Positions 37,263-47,437 of a stretch of DNA of 64,000 nucleotides are shown one piece after another. The position numbers and the translations under genes are program-made. Under the pieces are notes generated by a model, which had not been told where the DNA came from, made no database searches, and saw nothing but the letters and a program-made list of their open reading frames with translations. Numbering within the stretch: position 1 is the first letter of the stretch; each line of letters begins with the position of its first letter. Source of the DNA: Candidatus Obscuribacterales bacterium. GTDB lineage: Bacteria > Cyanobacteriota > Vampirovibrionia > Obscuribacterales > Obscuribacteraceae. Where the stretch lies: contig CBDDIJ010000002.1 of the NCBI GenBank assembly GCA_965228855.1, positions 1,248,001 through 1,312,000 of the forward strand, in the 5' to 3' direction.

Positions 37263-39287
37263 CTATGGTTTCGGCGGGGTAACCAGTTCCGTCCAATTGA
37301 CTCCGGGACCCCAGGCTGAATCGGTTGATAGCACAGTGTCTCCCGTTGAATTCACCCAGTGGTATTTCGGTCCGTACTCGACTTGAAACTTTTCGCCTGT
37401 ACTCGGGTTCATGAGCGTGTCTTCGTCGCGAATGTAGTTGATAAAGTCACTGTGAGCGCGGTCGGACGCTCTCATATTGTTCATGTAGCGAGCGTGAGAG
37501 GCGTCCATGTCGCGCATTCTGTTCATAAATGAGTTGTGACTAGCATCCATTGCCGCCATTCTGGCGCTGAATGCCGCTGCTGACCGCGCACGCGCGGCTC
37601 TGTCGAATGCAAGCCAATTTTGCACTGATTGCACGTTCTGTTTCGCCTGTCCCTGCTCCCAATCTTGGTTGTATTGCCAGGATTTATACATCCGCTGAAA
37701 GATTTGCAGCGCGGCCTGTTCGTAACCATCAGCGGCAACCACGCCGCAAATTTGTGAAACCCACCACATCGTCGGGCCCTTCTTCGTTGCGGCCATGAAA
37801 AAGGAAGTCCCGTGAGTTCCCTTGGCCGAGAAGTCGTATCGAACAGATGCGGCGTCCGATGCCACAACTCCTTGAGTGCCGTTTATTTCTCGCGCCAATT
37901 CAGGATGATGTTCTACATTGACCATTTCAAACGAGTCGCAGTTCTTTCCGAATCTGCTCCTGGCGTAGTCTTTGACGAACTTTTCGGCGTCCTGGTAAAA
38001 CAGAACTTTTGAGACCAGTCCGTTGCTGTGTTTGTAAGTTGCACCTGGAGGACAACCGAGTCTGGTCAGCCATGCTGCCGGCAGGTATCGCGGTTCTATG
38101 GAGCCGTCACCTATGAATATAGCCATCTTTTCGTCAGGCGAAACCGCCTTCACCCATGGGCGAAGGTCAATCGGCATCGGTTTATTCAAACCGCCAGTGA
38201 CGTTCCAGCCGGCTGGAACGTCGAGAGAGAATGCGCCAAAATTTGGGTCTATAAACTTGGTGTATTGAATGTCGGGCGTCGCTAAGCTCGTGGCCGTTTG
38301 TCCTGCGAAACCATTAGAATTGCCTTGTGTTTCACCGGAGTTGTTTTGGGTGCCACTGTTAGCAATACCAGTTATTTGGAAGCTCTGCAGAACTTTGCTC
38401 AAAGTCATAACATCGGCTTGTCCTTGAGGCGTGGCGGGAGAACCGAAGATTATTAGCTGACCGGCTGTTCCGTCTCCGCCTGGCGATAAAGCGAGACCTG
38501 CTATTTCGAGTCGGCCGTTCGCTATCGCTGTAGAGCGCAGAGCGCCTGTCACCGTATTTGGTGCACTCCAATTTGTCCCGGGAGCGTACTGTTTGAGCAG
38601 AGCCGTAAATATTCCTGTGGCGGAGGAAATGCTGATTGACTTTGTTGGAATGTAGAAAGGAAAAATGGATAACTTGCAATTCGCCGGACTGCTCACCTCA
38701 ATCTTGCCGGTCTTCTCGTCCTGGACAAATGACCATCCTTCGGGGCAACCTATGGAGAAGCCCTGGCCTTGCCCACCATAAGTCTTCCAACCTGCGTTCG
38801 CGGTGCTGGATGGCGTAATGCTTTGATTTGCCGAATTATTTGACCTGTTGTCCTGGTACCCAAGTTTGTAGTCGCTGGATTTTGCCAGTTGAGCTGCCGA
38901 CACTCGCATCAGTGTTACCGTGTAGTTGCCTCGCGAAGGCGACTGGAATGAAAGCGACAAATGAGTGCCTGGAGCTCCCATCAGCATTTGATAGATCTGC
39001 TCCGGAGGTAGTGATTCGACCGGAGTCGCTCCAACAGCGAGTAATTCATCGCCCGTGGCGATGTTGCCTTTTGCCGCCGGTCCATCAGGTACAACCTTGG
39101 TCACATAGAGTCGTCTCTGGTCGTTGTAGTTGACGACCATACCGAGAGCGCCTTTATCTGCCGGATTTACTGAGCCCGTAGTTGAGCTGAAACTTTGAGT
39201 TTGCGCAGCGGCTTCCGTAACGCAGCCGATTTGTGAAAGTGTCAGTATGCCGAGCACAGCTGAGCGAAAGATTGCTGAATGAATCAT
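37263..39287 (-). CDS. Secreted PDZ-domain protein with two PsbP/Mog1-like domains and a C-terminal Met/His-rich repeat
   Basis: Signal peptide; GALGMVV..VVPDGPAAK..GDELLAVG (PDZ); FSIGCPEGW and FSLDVPAGW; MDASH repeats. Confidence 0.7.
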   Translation of the reverse strand: MIHSAIFRSAVLGILTLSQIGCVTEAAAQTQSFSSTTGSVNPADKGALGMVVNYNDQRRLYVTKVVPDGPAAKGNIATGDELLAVGATPVESLPPEQIYQMLMGAPGTHLSLSFQSPSRGNYTVTLMRVSAAQLAKSSDYKLGYQDNRSNNSANQSITPSSTANAGWKTYGGQGQGFSIGCPEGWSFVQDEKTGKIEVSSPANCKLSIFPFYIPTKSISISSATGIFTALLKQYAPGTNWSAPNTVTGALRSTAIANGRLEIAGLALSPGGDGTAGQLIIFGSPATPQGQADVMTLSKVLQSFQITGIANSGTQNNSGETQGNSNGFAGQTATSLATPDIQYTKFIDPNFGAFSLDVPAGWNVTGGLNKPMPIDLRPWVKAVSPDEKMAIFIGDGSIEPRYLPAAWLTRLGCPPGATYKHSNGLVSKVLFYQDAEKFVKDYARSRFGKNCDSFEMVNVEHHPELAREINGTQGVVASDAASVRYDFSAKGTHGTSFFMAATKKGPTMWWVSQICGVVAADGYEQAALQIFQRMYKSWQYNQDWEQGQAKQNVQSVQNWLAFDRAARARSAAAFSARMAAMDASHNSFMNRMRDMDASHARYMNNMRASDRAHSDFINYIRDEDTLMNPSTGEKFQVEYGPKYHWVNSTGDTVLSTDSAWGPGVNWTELVTPPKP

Positions 39288-39383
39288 GGCAAGGCTTCCA
39301 GAGAGGTATACGAATGAACAGGCAATTCTATCAAAGTAATAAATTTGAAGATTGCCTGAAAAGGAAACCGCCCGATGCAACTC

Positions 39384-40313
39384 TCAGTCGGAGTCGTTAT
39401 CTGATTTTTCGGAGCCGGTAGCTGAGACTATCGTGGTGATCGCCATGTCTTCACGCAGATTGAGCGGCGCAGAGACATTGGTTTTTGTAACTACTCGTAT
39501 AGCTGTTGGAAGATTGTGCAGGCGTGGACGAATCAATCTTCCCGGCGCGACGATGACAGTCTTCCCATCAAAGTCGTCCGGTGTGATCAGGCGGGCGCTT
39601 GCGATGGTGTCTTTGATTCTCGGATGAAGCGAGGCGAAAACAAAGTTGAGATCATTGTCAGGCGCGGGCAGCTTGACGTTGATTTCCGGCCGGTAGAAGT
39701 CGGTTTTTTGATAAAAGTATCCGGCGCCGCGATCGAATTCTTTCAACTGCTCGATTGCTATTGGTGCTGTGGCATTGCTCGGCATATCGCGCAGCGAGCC
39801 GACTTCCACGATAGTATCCTCTGTTGGTGTCAAAGTAAGGAGCATCAGATTCATCGGACCGCGATCTTTTGTTTCCTTAACTTTTGAAGTTATTGATATC
39901 TCCAATTCCTTGCCAAGCATGGCTGAAAGTAACTGGCGTTCTTCTTCAACTCTGGTCGCGCCAACACGTGCGTCGTCAAGGAGCAGTCGAGCTAGTGGTT
40001 CTACATGCGGTGCCTGTTTTGCGATGTCGTCATAAGCACGCCGGGAAGTAAAAACCGCTTCTCGTGACCTCTCGATCATCGAATTCATCTCACCGATGCG
40101 ATCGCCTTTGTTTAATTGAACGGCGGCTTGCAGTCCGATATTTTCCGTCGTGGAATTCAGTTTTGCGTTTGATAACATCAGGAGGCTGGTGCCAATTGCC
40201 ACCATAATTAGTGCCGCGATTATCATGGCTACCAGCATGATCAGGGGAAGAACCCCGCCTCTGCAGGTTCTCTTTTCGCTGCGGTTTGACGAGCTATTTT
40301 GCCGCCGTATCAT
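39384..40313 (-). CDS. TadG-like pilus assembly protein (pseudopilin-type N-terminus)
   Basis: Basic leader, RG|GVLPL and a long hydrophobic helix; last gene of three overlapping ORFs starting with a TadE-like gene. Confidence 0.55.
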   Translation of the reverse strand: MIRRQNSSSNRSEKRTCRGGVLPLIMLVAMIIAALIMVAIGTSLLMLSNAKLNSTTENIGLQAAVQLNKGDRIGEMNSMIERSREAVFTSRRAYDDIAKQAPHVEPLARLLLDDARVGATRVEEERQLLSAMLGKELEISITSKVKETKDRGPMNLMLLTLTPTEDTIVEVGSLRDMPSNATAPIAIEQLKEFDRGAGYFYQKTDFYRPEINVKLPAPDNDLNFVFASLHPRIKDTIASARLITPDDFDGKTVIVAPGRLIRPRLHNLPTAIRVVTKTNVSAPLNLREDMAITTIVSATGSEKSDNDSD

Positions 40314-40990
40314 TCGTCGTCTCCTGAACCGGGCGGTGTTGTGTAGTATAAGACCTGTTTTTGACTGCCGGAAACGGTACGAATGGGAATAACGATGGGG
40401 CTGTAAACTGGAACGTCAGGCGCCGATTCGGGTCCTGGAGTGAAACCCGCTTGAGGCATCTGGTTTAACATATAGCCCATGCTTTCGTCGGGAACGAGAA
40501 TTACCGATACCGACTGCCTGCGCGCATAGAGGTCTACAAACAAGCGTAAAACCGCTTTAGCAGCCGCTTCTGCTTCTTGAAGTGAACCAAATCCGGATTT
40601 GTGTCTCACTTCGAATGCAACCTGTCCGGAGTGCAGGTCTAGGTCATGCATTCTGCGACAACCAAGAACGTTCCAACCATGCATCCAGAGGTCTTCGTAG
40701 TGAACCGGCTCAGCATCCTCGTTGTTGGGCTGTGAATAAGTGATTTTTGTTTTCACAACAGGTCCGATGATTGAATTTTTGTATTCGAATTGATCTCGAA
40801 CCTGTTCGGTCTCGATTAAGAACAAGTAGTCATAAGTCTTTCCGAGGCTCTGGCTTTTGCAAGGAAGTTGGAGAATGAGTAGCGTTGCTACTGCTGTTGT
40901 TAGGAACGCTAGAGCGCAAACCAATTTTCCTGTGCGGAAAACGGTCGCAAAGAATTCGACAAGCGGACCCAATGTCTTATTCATTGACAT
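40310..40990 (-). CDS. Hypothetical exported protein in Tad pseudopilin operon
   Basis: N-terminal hydrophobic segment; overlaps both neighbours. Confidence 0.7.
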   Translation of the reverse strand: MSMNKTLGPLVEFFATVFRTGKLVCALAFLTTAVATLLILQLPCKSQSLGKTYDYLFLIETEQVRDQFEYKNSIIGPVVKTKITYSQPNNEDAEPVHYEDLWMHGWNVLGCRRMHDLDLHSGQVAFEVRHKSGFGSLQEAEAAAKAVLRLFVDLYARRQSVSVILVPDESMGYMLNQMPQAGFTPGPESAPDVPVYSPIVIPIRTVSGSQKQVLYYTTPPGSGDDE

Positions 40991-41546
40991 AGTACTCCGT
41001 TGTAATCGGATCTCGTCCCATGTTCTCCCACAAAGCGCTTCCCGTCATCACTACGTCGGCAGGTTCGGTCAAGCCAGGCACTTTGAGACCAAAGAATTGT
41101 ACTGTCACCAGCGGATCTATGCGCGTATTGACGACCACGCTCAAGCTGTAATTGAAACTACCCTTATCCGGCTGCCAGTTCGGAGGAATTTTTCCTGGCT
41201 GTTCCACTCGCAGAGTCTGAGTTGGATCGTTGACCTTGGCTATCAGCAGAGCGGGCGAGACTGAGGTAACTTTGACTCCGGTCGGGTTGGAAACTTCAAG
41301 CGCGAATTTGTCAGCGTAGTAGCTCTTGAACGCATCTGACAGCTTGCGTTTCTTCGCCACGTTCTGCGTCCAGGCATTCACTACCTGCGATGAGATCGCC
41401 CAGCGTGTCATGAATGTTCCATAGTTTGCCAGCGGCAACAGAATGATGAAGAAGATGAAAACCAGGCAGTAAGTAAATTCGACAGCGTTGCTGCCGGTGC
41501 TTTTTCGGCAGGAGGGTAAGGTTCGAAATTTGTCTCGTGAGTTCAT
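40977..41546 (-). CDS. TadE-like pseudopilin
   Basis: G|SNAVEF (Glu at +5) followed by a hydrophobic helix. Confidence 0.7.
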   Translation of the reverse strand: MNSRDKFRTLPSCRKSTGSNAVEFTYCLVFIFFIILLPLANYGTFMTRWAISSQVVNAWTQNVAKKRKLSDAFKSYYADKFALEVSNPTGVKVTSVSPALLIAKVNDPTQTLRVEQPGKIPPNWQPDKGSFNYSLSVVVNTRIDPLVTVQFFGLKVPGLTEPADVVMTGSALWENMGRDPITTEYYVNE

Positions 41547-41633
41547 CGAATTAGAACCTGAAATTTCAACTGTACACTGCTTGAAACAGTTGAAAGTTTC
41601 TTTGACTAAGAATATCAGGTTATCGAATGAGAC

Positions 41634-43013
41634 CTATGGGAAAAGGGTCTTCATCGCCTTGCCCGCGTCAGGCATGCCGTAACCGTAGAAATTGTTGGGA
41701 ACGCCGTAGTTCGAATTGAGGGGGTCATGGTTTCTGTTCGAAGTCGAAATAAGGAGCTGCTCGACTTGCGTGTTCGTGAGTGAGGGTTTGGCCCCCCAGA
41801 TCAAGGCTGCAATTGATGCAACCAGTGGGGAAGAGAACGACGTTCCGCTGACGGACACAGGCTTACCCTTACCAGCTTTGCTGGAACAAACAATTCCTAC
41901 TCCTGGTGCAGTAAACCATACCGGATTTCCGAATTTGGAAAAATATGCTTTGTGTCCATCAGTATCTATGGCTGAAACTACGATCAAATAAGGGTAACGC
42001 GGATTGAGCGTGTCCTCGTTACCGTCGTTTCCAGCAGCGTTGAACACTAAGCCACCATTGCTATGGAATGTCTGGAATTGAGCATGCAAGACGTCATTAT
42101 GGTGGCTATTTGAGATCGAATAATTCGGATCGGGGTGATTCAAGCTCATATTGACTATTTTGATGCCACGCGTGATGCATTGGTCCATGGCTTCGATCAG
42201 AGTCTCGGTAGGAAATCCTCCTATCTTTTTTACGTAAGCGTTGATTGGAAAAATTCGACTGTTTCGTGCAGGGCCGGCAGTTAGAAGAAAGTTGTTATTG
42301 ATTGCGGCCGCTGTGGTTGATACCATCGTTCCATGTCCGGCCGTATCTTTCTGCTTCTCGCGGTCCTTGCTGCAATCGTAACCCTCGTAGCATTTCCCAG
42401 CTAGGTCCAGATTTTTCAAACTCACTCCGGTGTCAATTACTGCGATCGTGTTGACTTGCTCTCCTGGGCTTGAATTCCACGCATTGACCACGTTGAGTGT
42501 CGGCAGATATGTCTGTGATGGAAAATATTGGTCATTTGTTTGGGTGGTGAATACGTAATTGCGTTGAATCTTGCTCAAATGCTTGTCTTTGACCAAAGTC
42601 TTTTCGGCTTTCAGAAAGCTGTCCTGGCTGGGAAATTCTACGACCCAAACAGTTCGGTCGCCACTACCAATCGTTTTGACAATGGTTCCGCTTACTTCGC
42701 GGATGGTTTGCATTGCACTATCTTTGTCTGCCCTGTTTGGCATAATCAATAAAGAATTTGATGCAACTTCTCCGGACCTCACAGGTCGTGAGTCGGCTAC
42801 CGATATGCTGCGTGAGCCGCGACCAGCTGCTGTGTGGGGCATCAATCTGTACGAGGTTGGCGAGATCCTGAGAACCGGAGATTTTTGCTGCTTCTGAACT
42901 GATTTCGCTGCGTCAGCGCAGTGGGCGGGCAGCTGCGTGCTCAATGCGATCGGCACGCTTGTGAGGACTGCGGAGGTGAAGACCCAGGCTTTTCGAAAAC
43001 GGGTTTCAAACAT
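41634..43013 (-). CDS. Secreted S8 (subtilisin-family) serine peptidase with propeptide
   Basis: AVIDTG, GHGT, AAGN, SGTSFSSP catalytic motifs; signal peptide. Confidence 0.95.
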   Translation of the reverse strand: MFETRFRKAWVFTSAVLTSVPIALSTQLPAHCADAAKSVQKQQKSPVLRISPTSYRLMPHTAAGRGSRSISVADSRPVRSGEVASNSLLIMPNRADKDSAMQTIREVSGTIVKTIGSGDRTVWVVEFPSQDSFLKAEKTLVKDKHLSKIQRNYVFTTQTNDQYFPSQTYLPTLNVVNAWNSSPGEQVNTIAVIDTGVSLKNLDLAGKCYEGYDCSKDREKQKDTAGHGTMVSTTAAAINNNFLLTAGPARNSRIFPINAYVKKIGGFPTETLIEAMDQCITRGIKIVNMSLNHPDPNYSISNSHHNDVLHAQFQTFHSNGGLVFNAAGNDGNEDTLNPRYPYLIVVSAIDTDGHKAYFSKFGNPVWFTAPGVGIVCSSKAGKGKPVSVSGTSFSSPLVASIAALIWGAKPSLTNTQVEQLLISTSNRNHDPLNSNYGVPNNFYGYGMPDAGKAMKTLFP

Positions 43014-43168
43014 ATGATGTCCTCAAAAACGGCTAGAAAATGGCTCTAGCGCGCGATAGTAACGGAGAGACGACTGTGGTCGTTTGGCTACGGACAAAGT
43101 TCGAGAGGTTAGTAATATACCCAGATTACCTGGATGCCAAGATTATTAGGAGGTGAAAAACCACAGTT

Positions 43169-44176
43169 TTAATTTTGTGGTTTTCGGACCATGGATGTTT
43201 GCTTCGCGACTGTGAACTTGGTCTGCGATTTATCGAACCAGGATCTGAGTTCAATCTGACGTTCCGGATGAAGTCTGCGAGCAAACTCGTAGAGTCCTTC
43301 AAATATTTGGAGCGTTGGTCGCGAGAGATAGTCGTGCTCGCGGTCAGGAAGGTGATAGACCCGGTTCTCCTTTACGGCGGTCATGAGCGACCATGGGGGC
43401 GTCGTTTTCAGGCTTGAAGACCTGGACTCGAAAGGCATGACCAAAAGATCCGGTTGAGAGGCTATCAGTTTTTCCGGGCTAAATTTTGGATACCCACTTT
43501 TGATGTTGGCTGCTATGTTGGTGCCACCGCATGTAGTGATGACGTCGTTGAGAAAGCTGTCACCGCCCACGGTGACAATTGGCTTCGGCCACACGCAGAA
43601 GAAAACTTTTCGGCGCGGCTCGTTTCTCAGCGTATCTTTGAGCCGAGCGATGCTGTTTTGGAAAGAGGTTGCCAGCTTTTCTGCGCGTTCTGATTTTCCA
43701 CAGACAGAGCCGAGCAGGATGAGGTTTTGGGATATATCATCCAGCGATTTATTGTTTAAAACAACCGATCGGACTTGATGTTTTTTGAGTTGAAAAGAAA
43801 GCGACTCTTGACCCTGGACGAGAAGAACGACATCCGGTTTAAGTTTGGCGAGCCGCTCCCAGTTGATTGAAACGAATGAGCCCACCTTCGGTTTCGACTT
43901 CGTCTCAGGCGGATAGGTGCAGTAGCTGCTGATACCTACAAGTTTGTCTTCGGCTCCAAGACTGTAAACCAGTTCGGTGTTCGATGGTGCCAAAGAGACG
44001 ATCGAGGATGCCGGACGTTCACCACCGAGTTTTTCAGCGCGAGCGCTTTGCCCGGTAGCGAGCACTATGAGAGTGAAAGTGATAACGGACATTAATTTCA
44101 TGCGAGCCATCATAAACGAATTACTGTTCGCATGTTTGCTTGACATTACGATTGTCGAAGGCCGGGCTTCGTTCAA
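43169..44176 (-). CDS. BtuF-like cobalamin/iron-complex ABC substrate-binding protein
   Basis: IVSLAPSNTELVYSLG..VGISSYCTYP..LKPDVV..GGTNI..SRP; exact start uncertain. Confidence 0.85.
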   Translation of the reverse strand: MNEARPSTIVMSSKHANSNSFMMARMKLMSVITFTLIVLATGQSARAEKLGGERPASSIVSLAPSNTELVYSLGAEDKLVGISSYCTYPPETKSKPKVGSFVSINWERLAKLKPDVVLLVQGQESLSFQLKKHQVRSVVLNNKSLDDISQNLILLGSVCGKSERAEKLATSFQNSIARLKDTLRNEPRRKVFFCVWPKPIVTVGGDSFLNDVITTCGGTNIAANIKSGYPKFSPEKLIASQPDLLVMPFESRSSSLKTTPPWSLMTAVKENRVYHLPDREHDYLSRPTLQIFEGLYEFARRLHPERQIELRSWFDKSQTKFTVAKQTSMVRKPQN

Positions 44177-44736
44177 GGAGTGGCGCTAGCTGTCGTCTTC
44201 GAAAGCCATTCATGGACTTCTCGGACTCGTTCTTCAACTCCGAGTTTCGCCACAGTGTAGGTCTTGTCCCAGAGATCGAGTTCGAACAATGTCATGCGAG
44301 TAATTCGGTCCACTTGTTTTTGATAGTCCAGATCGGTCCAGCGAAAGCCATCGTCAACCGGCGGGAACATTGGCGGTATGTAGATGATGTGAGTGTACTT
44401 CAGCGCTTGCGTGCGTGCGGTTTCGTAGTAAGCTTCAGTGTCGTAAGACATTGCGGCACACATATTCCACCTCTGCCAGAGCACCCAGCAGTCTATTGTG
44501 GAACGATCGGAGATAAAGGACTGCAACTCTTCTTCGCGCTCGATCTGCGCAGTGAGAACGCTTTGTTTGAATAGATTTTGATCCGGAATCTCGGTTGGAT
44601 TCTGGTATCCCATCTGGTGGCATATTTCGCGACCGAGTTCCGGGATCATTGGTAAAGAGAGAAGCGAAGTCAGCGCTTCCACTATCGTGGTTTTGCCGAC
44701 TCCGCTTGCTCCGGTGATGATGATGCGTTTCATCAT
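44173..44736 (-). CDS. NadR-like P-loop nucleotide kinase/ATPase (AAA_28 type)
   Basis: IITGASGVGKTT, IPELGRE, FISDRSTID, DDGFR. Confidence 0.85.
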   Translation of the reverse strand: MMKRIIITGASGVGKTTIVEALTSLLSLPMIPELGREICHQMGYQNPTEIPDQNLFKQSVLTAQIEREEELQSFISDRSTIDCWVLWQRWNMCAAMSYDTEAYYETARTQALKYTHIIYIPPMFPPVDDGFRWTDLDYQKQVDRITRMTLFELDLWDKTYTVAKLGVEERVREVHEWLSKTTASATP

Positions 44737-44766
44737 TTAGTTTGGGTCACCATTAGTTCCTTCAGA

Positions 44767-46374
44767 TCAACCTCTTGCTGGAGGTGTGGGTGGAACTTGG
44801 GGGAATGCCGGCAGCGGTGTGTTTTGTTTTGGCTGCGGCGGTTGTGCTGCTGCACCGTGGTTCGGTAGTCCGTTGTTGGTTCCGTTGCTGGCGGCTTTCT
44901 GCGTTTTGTGCATTGTTTCCATCAGATCGATACCGGTCAGACCCTTGACCATGGTCATGCCTTGCGCGGCGACTCCGAGAACATCGGATGTGATCTTGCC
45001 CATGCCGGTGGAGTCTCCACCTGTCGAGAGCAAAGTAACATTGCCGATCTTGGACAGAGGTTGCGCTGCGGCGGATACGAGCTCTGGCAGTTTCTCGATG
45101 ATCATGCTTGCCATAGCTGCATCGTTGTACAGCTTGTAAGCTTCCGCTTTCTTCGACATCGCTTCAGCTTCCGCTTGACCGCGAGCGGCGATAACGGTGG
45201 CTTGTGCGAGACCTCTGGCGCGCTCAGCTTCTGCTTCAGCCAGACCCATTTGACGAGCGGCTTCTGCTTCAGCTTGGGCTCGCATCTTTGTTGCGTCGGC
45301 ATCAGCAGAGGCTTTGAGGCGTGATGCTTCGGCATCTGCTTCGGCTAGAATCCGGCGTTTTTCCTGCTCTGCCAGAGCTAGTGTTCTAACTCTTGCGTGC
45401 TCAGCTTCTGCCGGTTTCTGAATGTCAGCTTCCAGAGACACCTGGCGCTTTTGAACTTCAACTTGTTGCAGTTCAACTTCCTTTTGCGCTTCGATGATTC
45501 GAATTTGCTGTCTTTCGGAAATTAGCTTCTGCTCTGCCTTTGCTTTGTGTACGTCGTACATTGTGTCAGCGGCAGCTTTCTGCTCGGCAACTTCAGCTTG
45601 GTAGCGTGCTTGTCCGACTTGAAAGTTCTTGCTAGATTCTGCAACTCGCATGTCAGCTGCGAGCTTCGCTTTTGCGCCTTCCTCAGCGGCTTGCGCTTGA
45701 GCGATAGCAGAGTCGCGTTGAGCATTTGCTTGAGCAATAGTCGTCACTTTGTTGGCTTCGGCTTCACCGATAGCGGCTGTCCGTTTGGCTTCCGCTGTGG
45801 TTGTTTTACCGAGAGCTTCCAGGTATCCGACGCTGTCGCGCACTTCTTTGATTGTGAACGAAACAACTGTCAGACCCATCTTCGCCAGGTCGGTGATCGA
45901 CACTTCCGCAACGCGTGAGGCGAACGAATCGAAATTGCCGATTAGCTCTTCTACGGTCATGGTGCCGATGATGGCACGCAAGTGACCCATTAGAGTTTCA
46001 TGAGCAAACATTCGAATCTCGTCGATGTCTTTTCCAAGAAACTGTTCAGCAGCTGTTTGGATTGACTGTTCGTCGCCTCGAACTTTGATCTGAGCGACAC
46101 CTTCGACGAACAGCGGGACACCATTGATTGTCAACATTGCTGCGTTAGAGCGAACCTCGATGAGCATGACTTCCAGGCTCAACGTATCCATTCTGTTTAC
46201 TAGCGGAAAGACAATCGTGCCGCCACCAACAATGATCTTCGGCTGTCCGCCGCCACCAGAGACGATTAAGGCAGTGTTAGGCCCTACCTTTTGATACAAG
46301 GCAGCTGCGAAGCTACCCAGAACGAACAGCAATATTACTGCTATTCCGCCAATGATCATAATCATGGGATCCAT
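44767..46374 (-). CDS. Flotillin (SPFH plus AEA/EA coiled coil)
   Basis: N-terminal TM; SPFH (VEGVAQIKV..AAEQFLG..GHLRAIIG..DLAKMGL); EAE repeats; GGAGG RBS before ATG 46374. Confidence 0.93.
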   Translation of the reverse strand: MDPMIMIIGGIAVILLFVLGSFAAALYQKVGPNTALIVSGGGGQPKIIVGGGTIVFPLVNRMDTLSLEVMLIEVRSNAAMLTINGVPLFVEGVAQIKVRGDEQSIQTAAEQFLGKDIDEIRMFAHETLMGHLRAIIGTMTVEELIGNFDSFASRVAEVSITDLAKMGLTVVSFTIKEVRDSVGYLEALGKTTTAEAKRTAAIGEAEANKVTTIAQANAQRDSAIAQAQAAEEGAKAKLAADMRVAESSKNFQVGQARYQAEVAEQKAAADTMYDVHKAKAEQKLISERQQIRIIEAQKEVELQQVEVQKRQVSLEADIQKPAEAEHARVRTLALAEQEKRRILAEADAEASRLKASADADATKMRAQAEAEAARQMGLAEAEAERARGLAQATVIAARGQAEAEAMSKKAEAYKLYNDAAMASMIIEKLPELVSAAAQPLSKIGNVTLLSTGGDSTGMGKITSDVLGVAAQGMTMVKGLTGIDLMETMHKTQKAASNGTNNGLPNHGAAAQPPQPKQNTPLPAFPQVPPTPPARG

Positions 46375-46605
46375 GACTCGCTTCCTCCAAGTTAGTGCCG
46401 AGGATTCAGTCTCCAATTCTTTCATGCCCGAGGCTCGGGCGTTCTAAATCTCGGATGTTTTCGTTTCAGACTCTACGATCTTACGTGCTGTGAAGTTATT
46501 TGACGGTTTTTACAACACATTCCTTTATCTTCTTGACAATGCGGCGTGCTGATAATTTTGGGACAAGCCCGGAGATGCTTGTTGGTTCTGCAGTTGATGC
46601 AAGTG

Positions 46606-46621
46606 GCACTATATCTGGTGA
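46606..46621. promoter_or_regulatory. NrdR-box-like 16-mer upstream of flotillin
   Basis: GCACTATATCTGGTGA fits the acaCwAtATaTwGtgt pattern; identical copy at 47438. Confidence 0.5.
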
Positions 46622-46711
46622 TATTGAAGTCAAGTTTGATCTGTTGTTTGAACTGGTTTCCTCGTGATCAATTTTCAGTCAGGCGCGCATTGCTTGTCCG
46701 GTGGTAGCAGC

Positions 46712-47335
46712 TTATTTGTCTTCGACTTTGCCAAGGACCGCGATCCTTTTCGCTTCGTCAGCGGCCGTTTTAGTCAGAGCGTCCAGGTATCCAACACTAT
46801 CGCGCACTTCTTTGATCGTGAATAGAACAACTGTTAGTCCGAACCTTTCCAGGTCATTGTTGGAGCCTTCTTCAACGCGCAACGCCAACGAGTTTGGATC
46901 TCTAATTATCTTTTCCGCTGTCATCTTGCTGCTCGATGAGCGCAACTGTTTTATAAGAACGTCCTGTGCAAGTGTCTTGATTTGACCTATATCTTTTCCC
47001 AGAAAATGTTCGGCCGCTTTCTCAATCGACTCTACGTCACCGCGAACTTTGACTTGCGCCATACATTCGACTGATAGAGGGATGCCATCACTGGTCCAAG
47101 TCGCATCGCAGCGCATTTCAATAGCCATGACCTCCAGGCTTAGCGTATCCATCCTGTTTAGCAACGGCAAGACAATCGTGCCTCCACCAACAACGATCTT
47201 CGGTTTTTCTCCGCCACCAGAGACGATTAAAGCAGTGTTAGGCCCTACCTTGTGATAGAGCGCCGCAGCGAGACAACCAATCGCGAATAATACGATCAGC
47301 TGTATGCCGCCCATTACCATAATCATGGGATCCAT
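46712..47335 (-). CDS. Truncated flotillin paralog (TM + SPFH only)
   Basis: Near-identical N-terminus to the 46374 gene (MDPMIM..KVGPNTALIVSGGG..NRMDTLSLEVM); stops before the coiled coil. Confidence 0.85.
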   Translation of the reverse strand: MDPMIMVMGGIQLIVLFAIGCLAAALYHKVGPNTALIVSGGGEKPKIVVGGGTIVLPLLNRMDTLSLEVMAIEMRCDATWTSDGIPLSVECMAQVKVRGDVESIEKAAEHFLGKDIGQIKTLAQDVLIKQLRSSSSKMTAEKIIRDPNSLALRVEEGSNNDLERFGLTVVLFTIKEVRDSVGYLDALTKTAADEAKRIAVLGKVEDK

Positions 47336-47437
47336 TTGCGTTCCTCCAATTTAGTGTCGAGGTAAGTCTCCAATTCTTATGCATGAATCGGAAACCCTCT
47401 GAAAGGCGTCGTCAGGTTTATGCAGGTTACACGCCTT

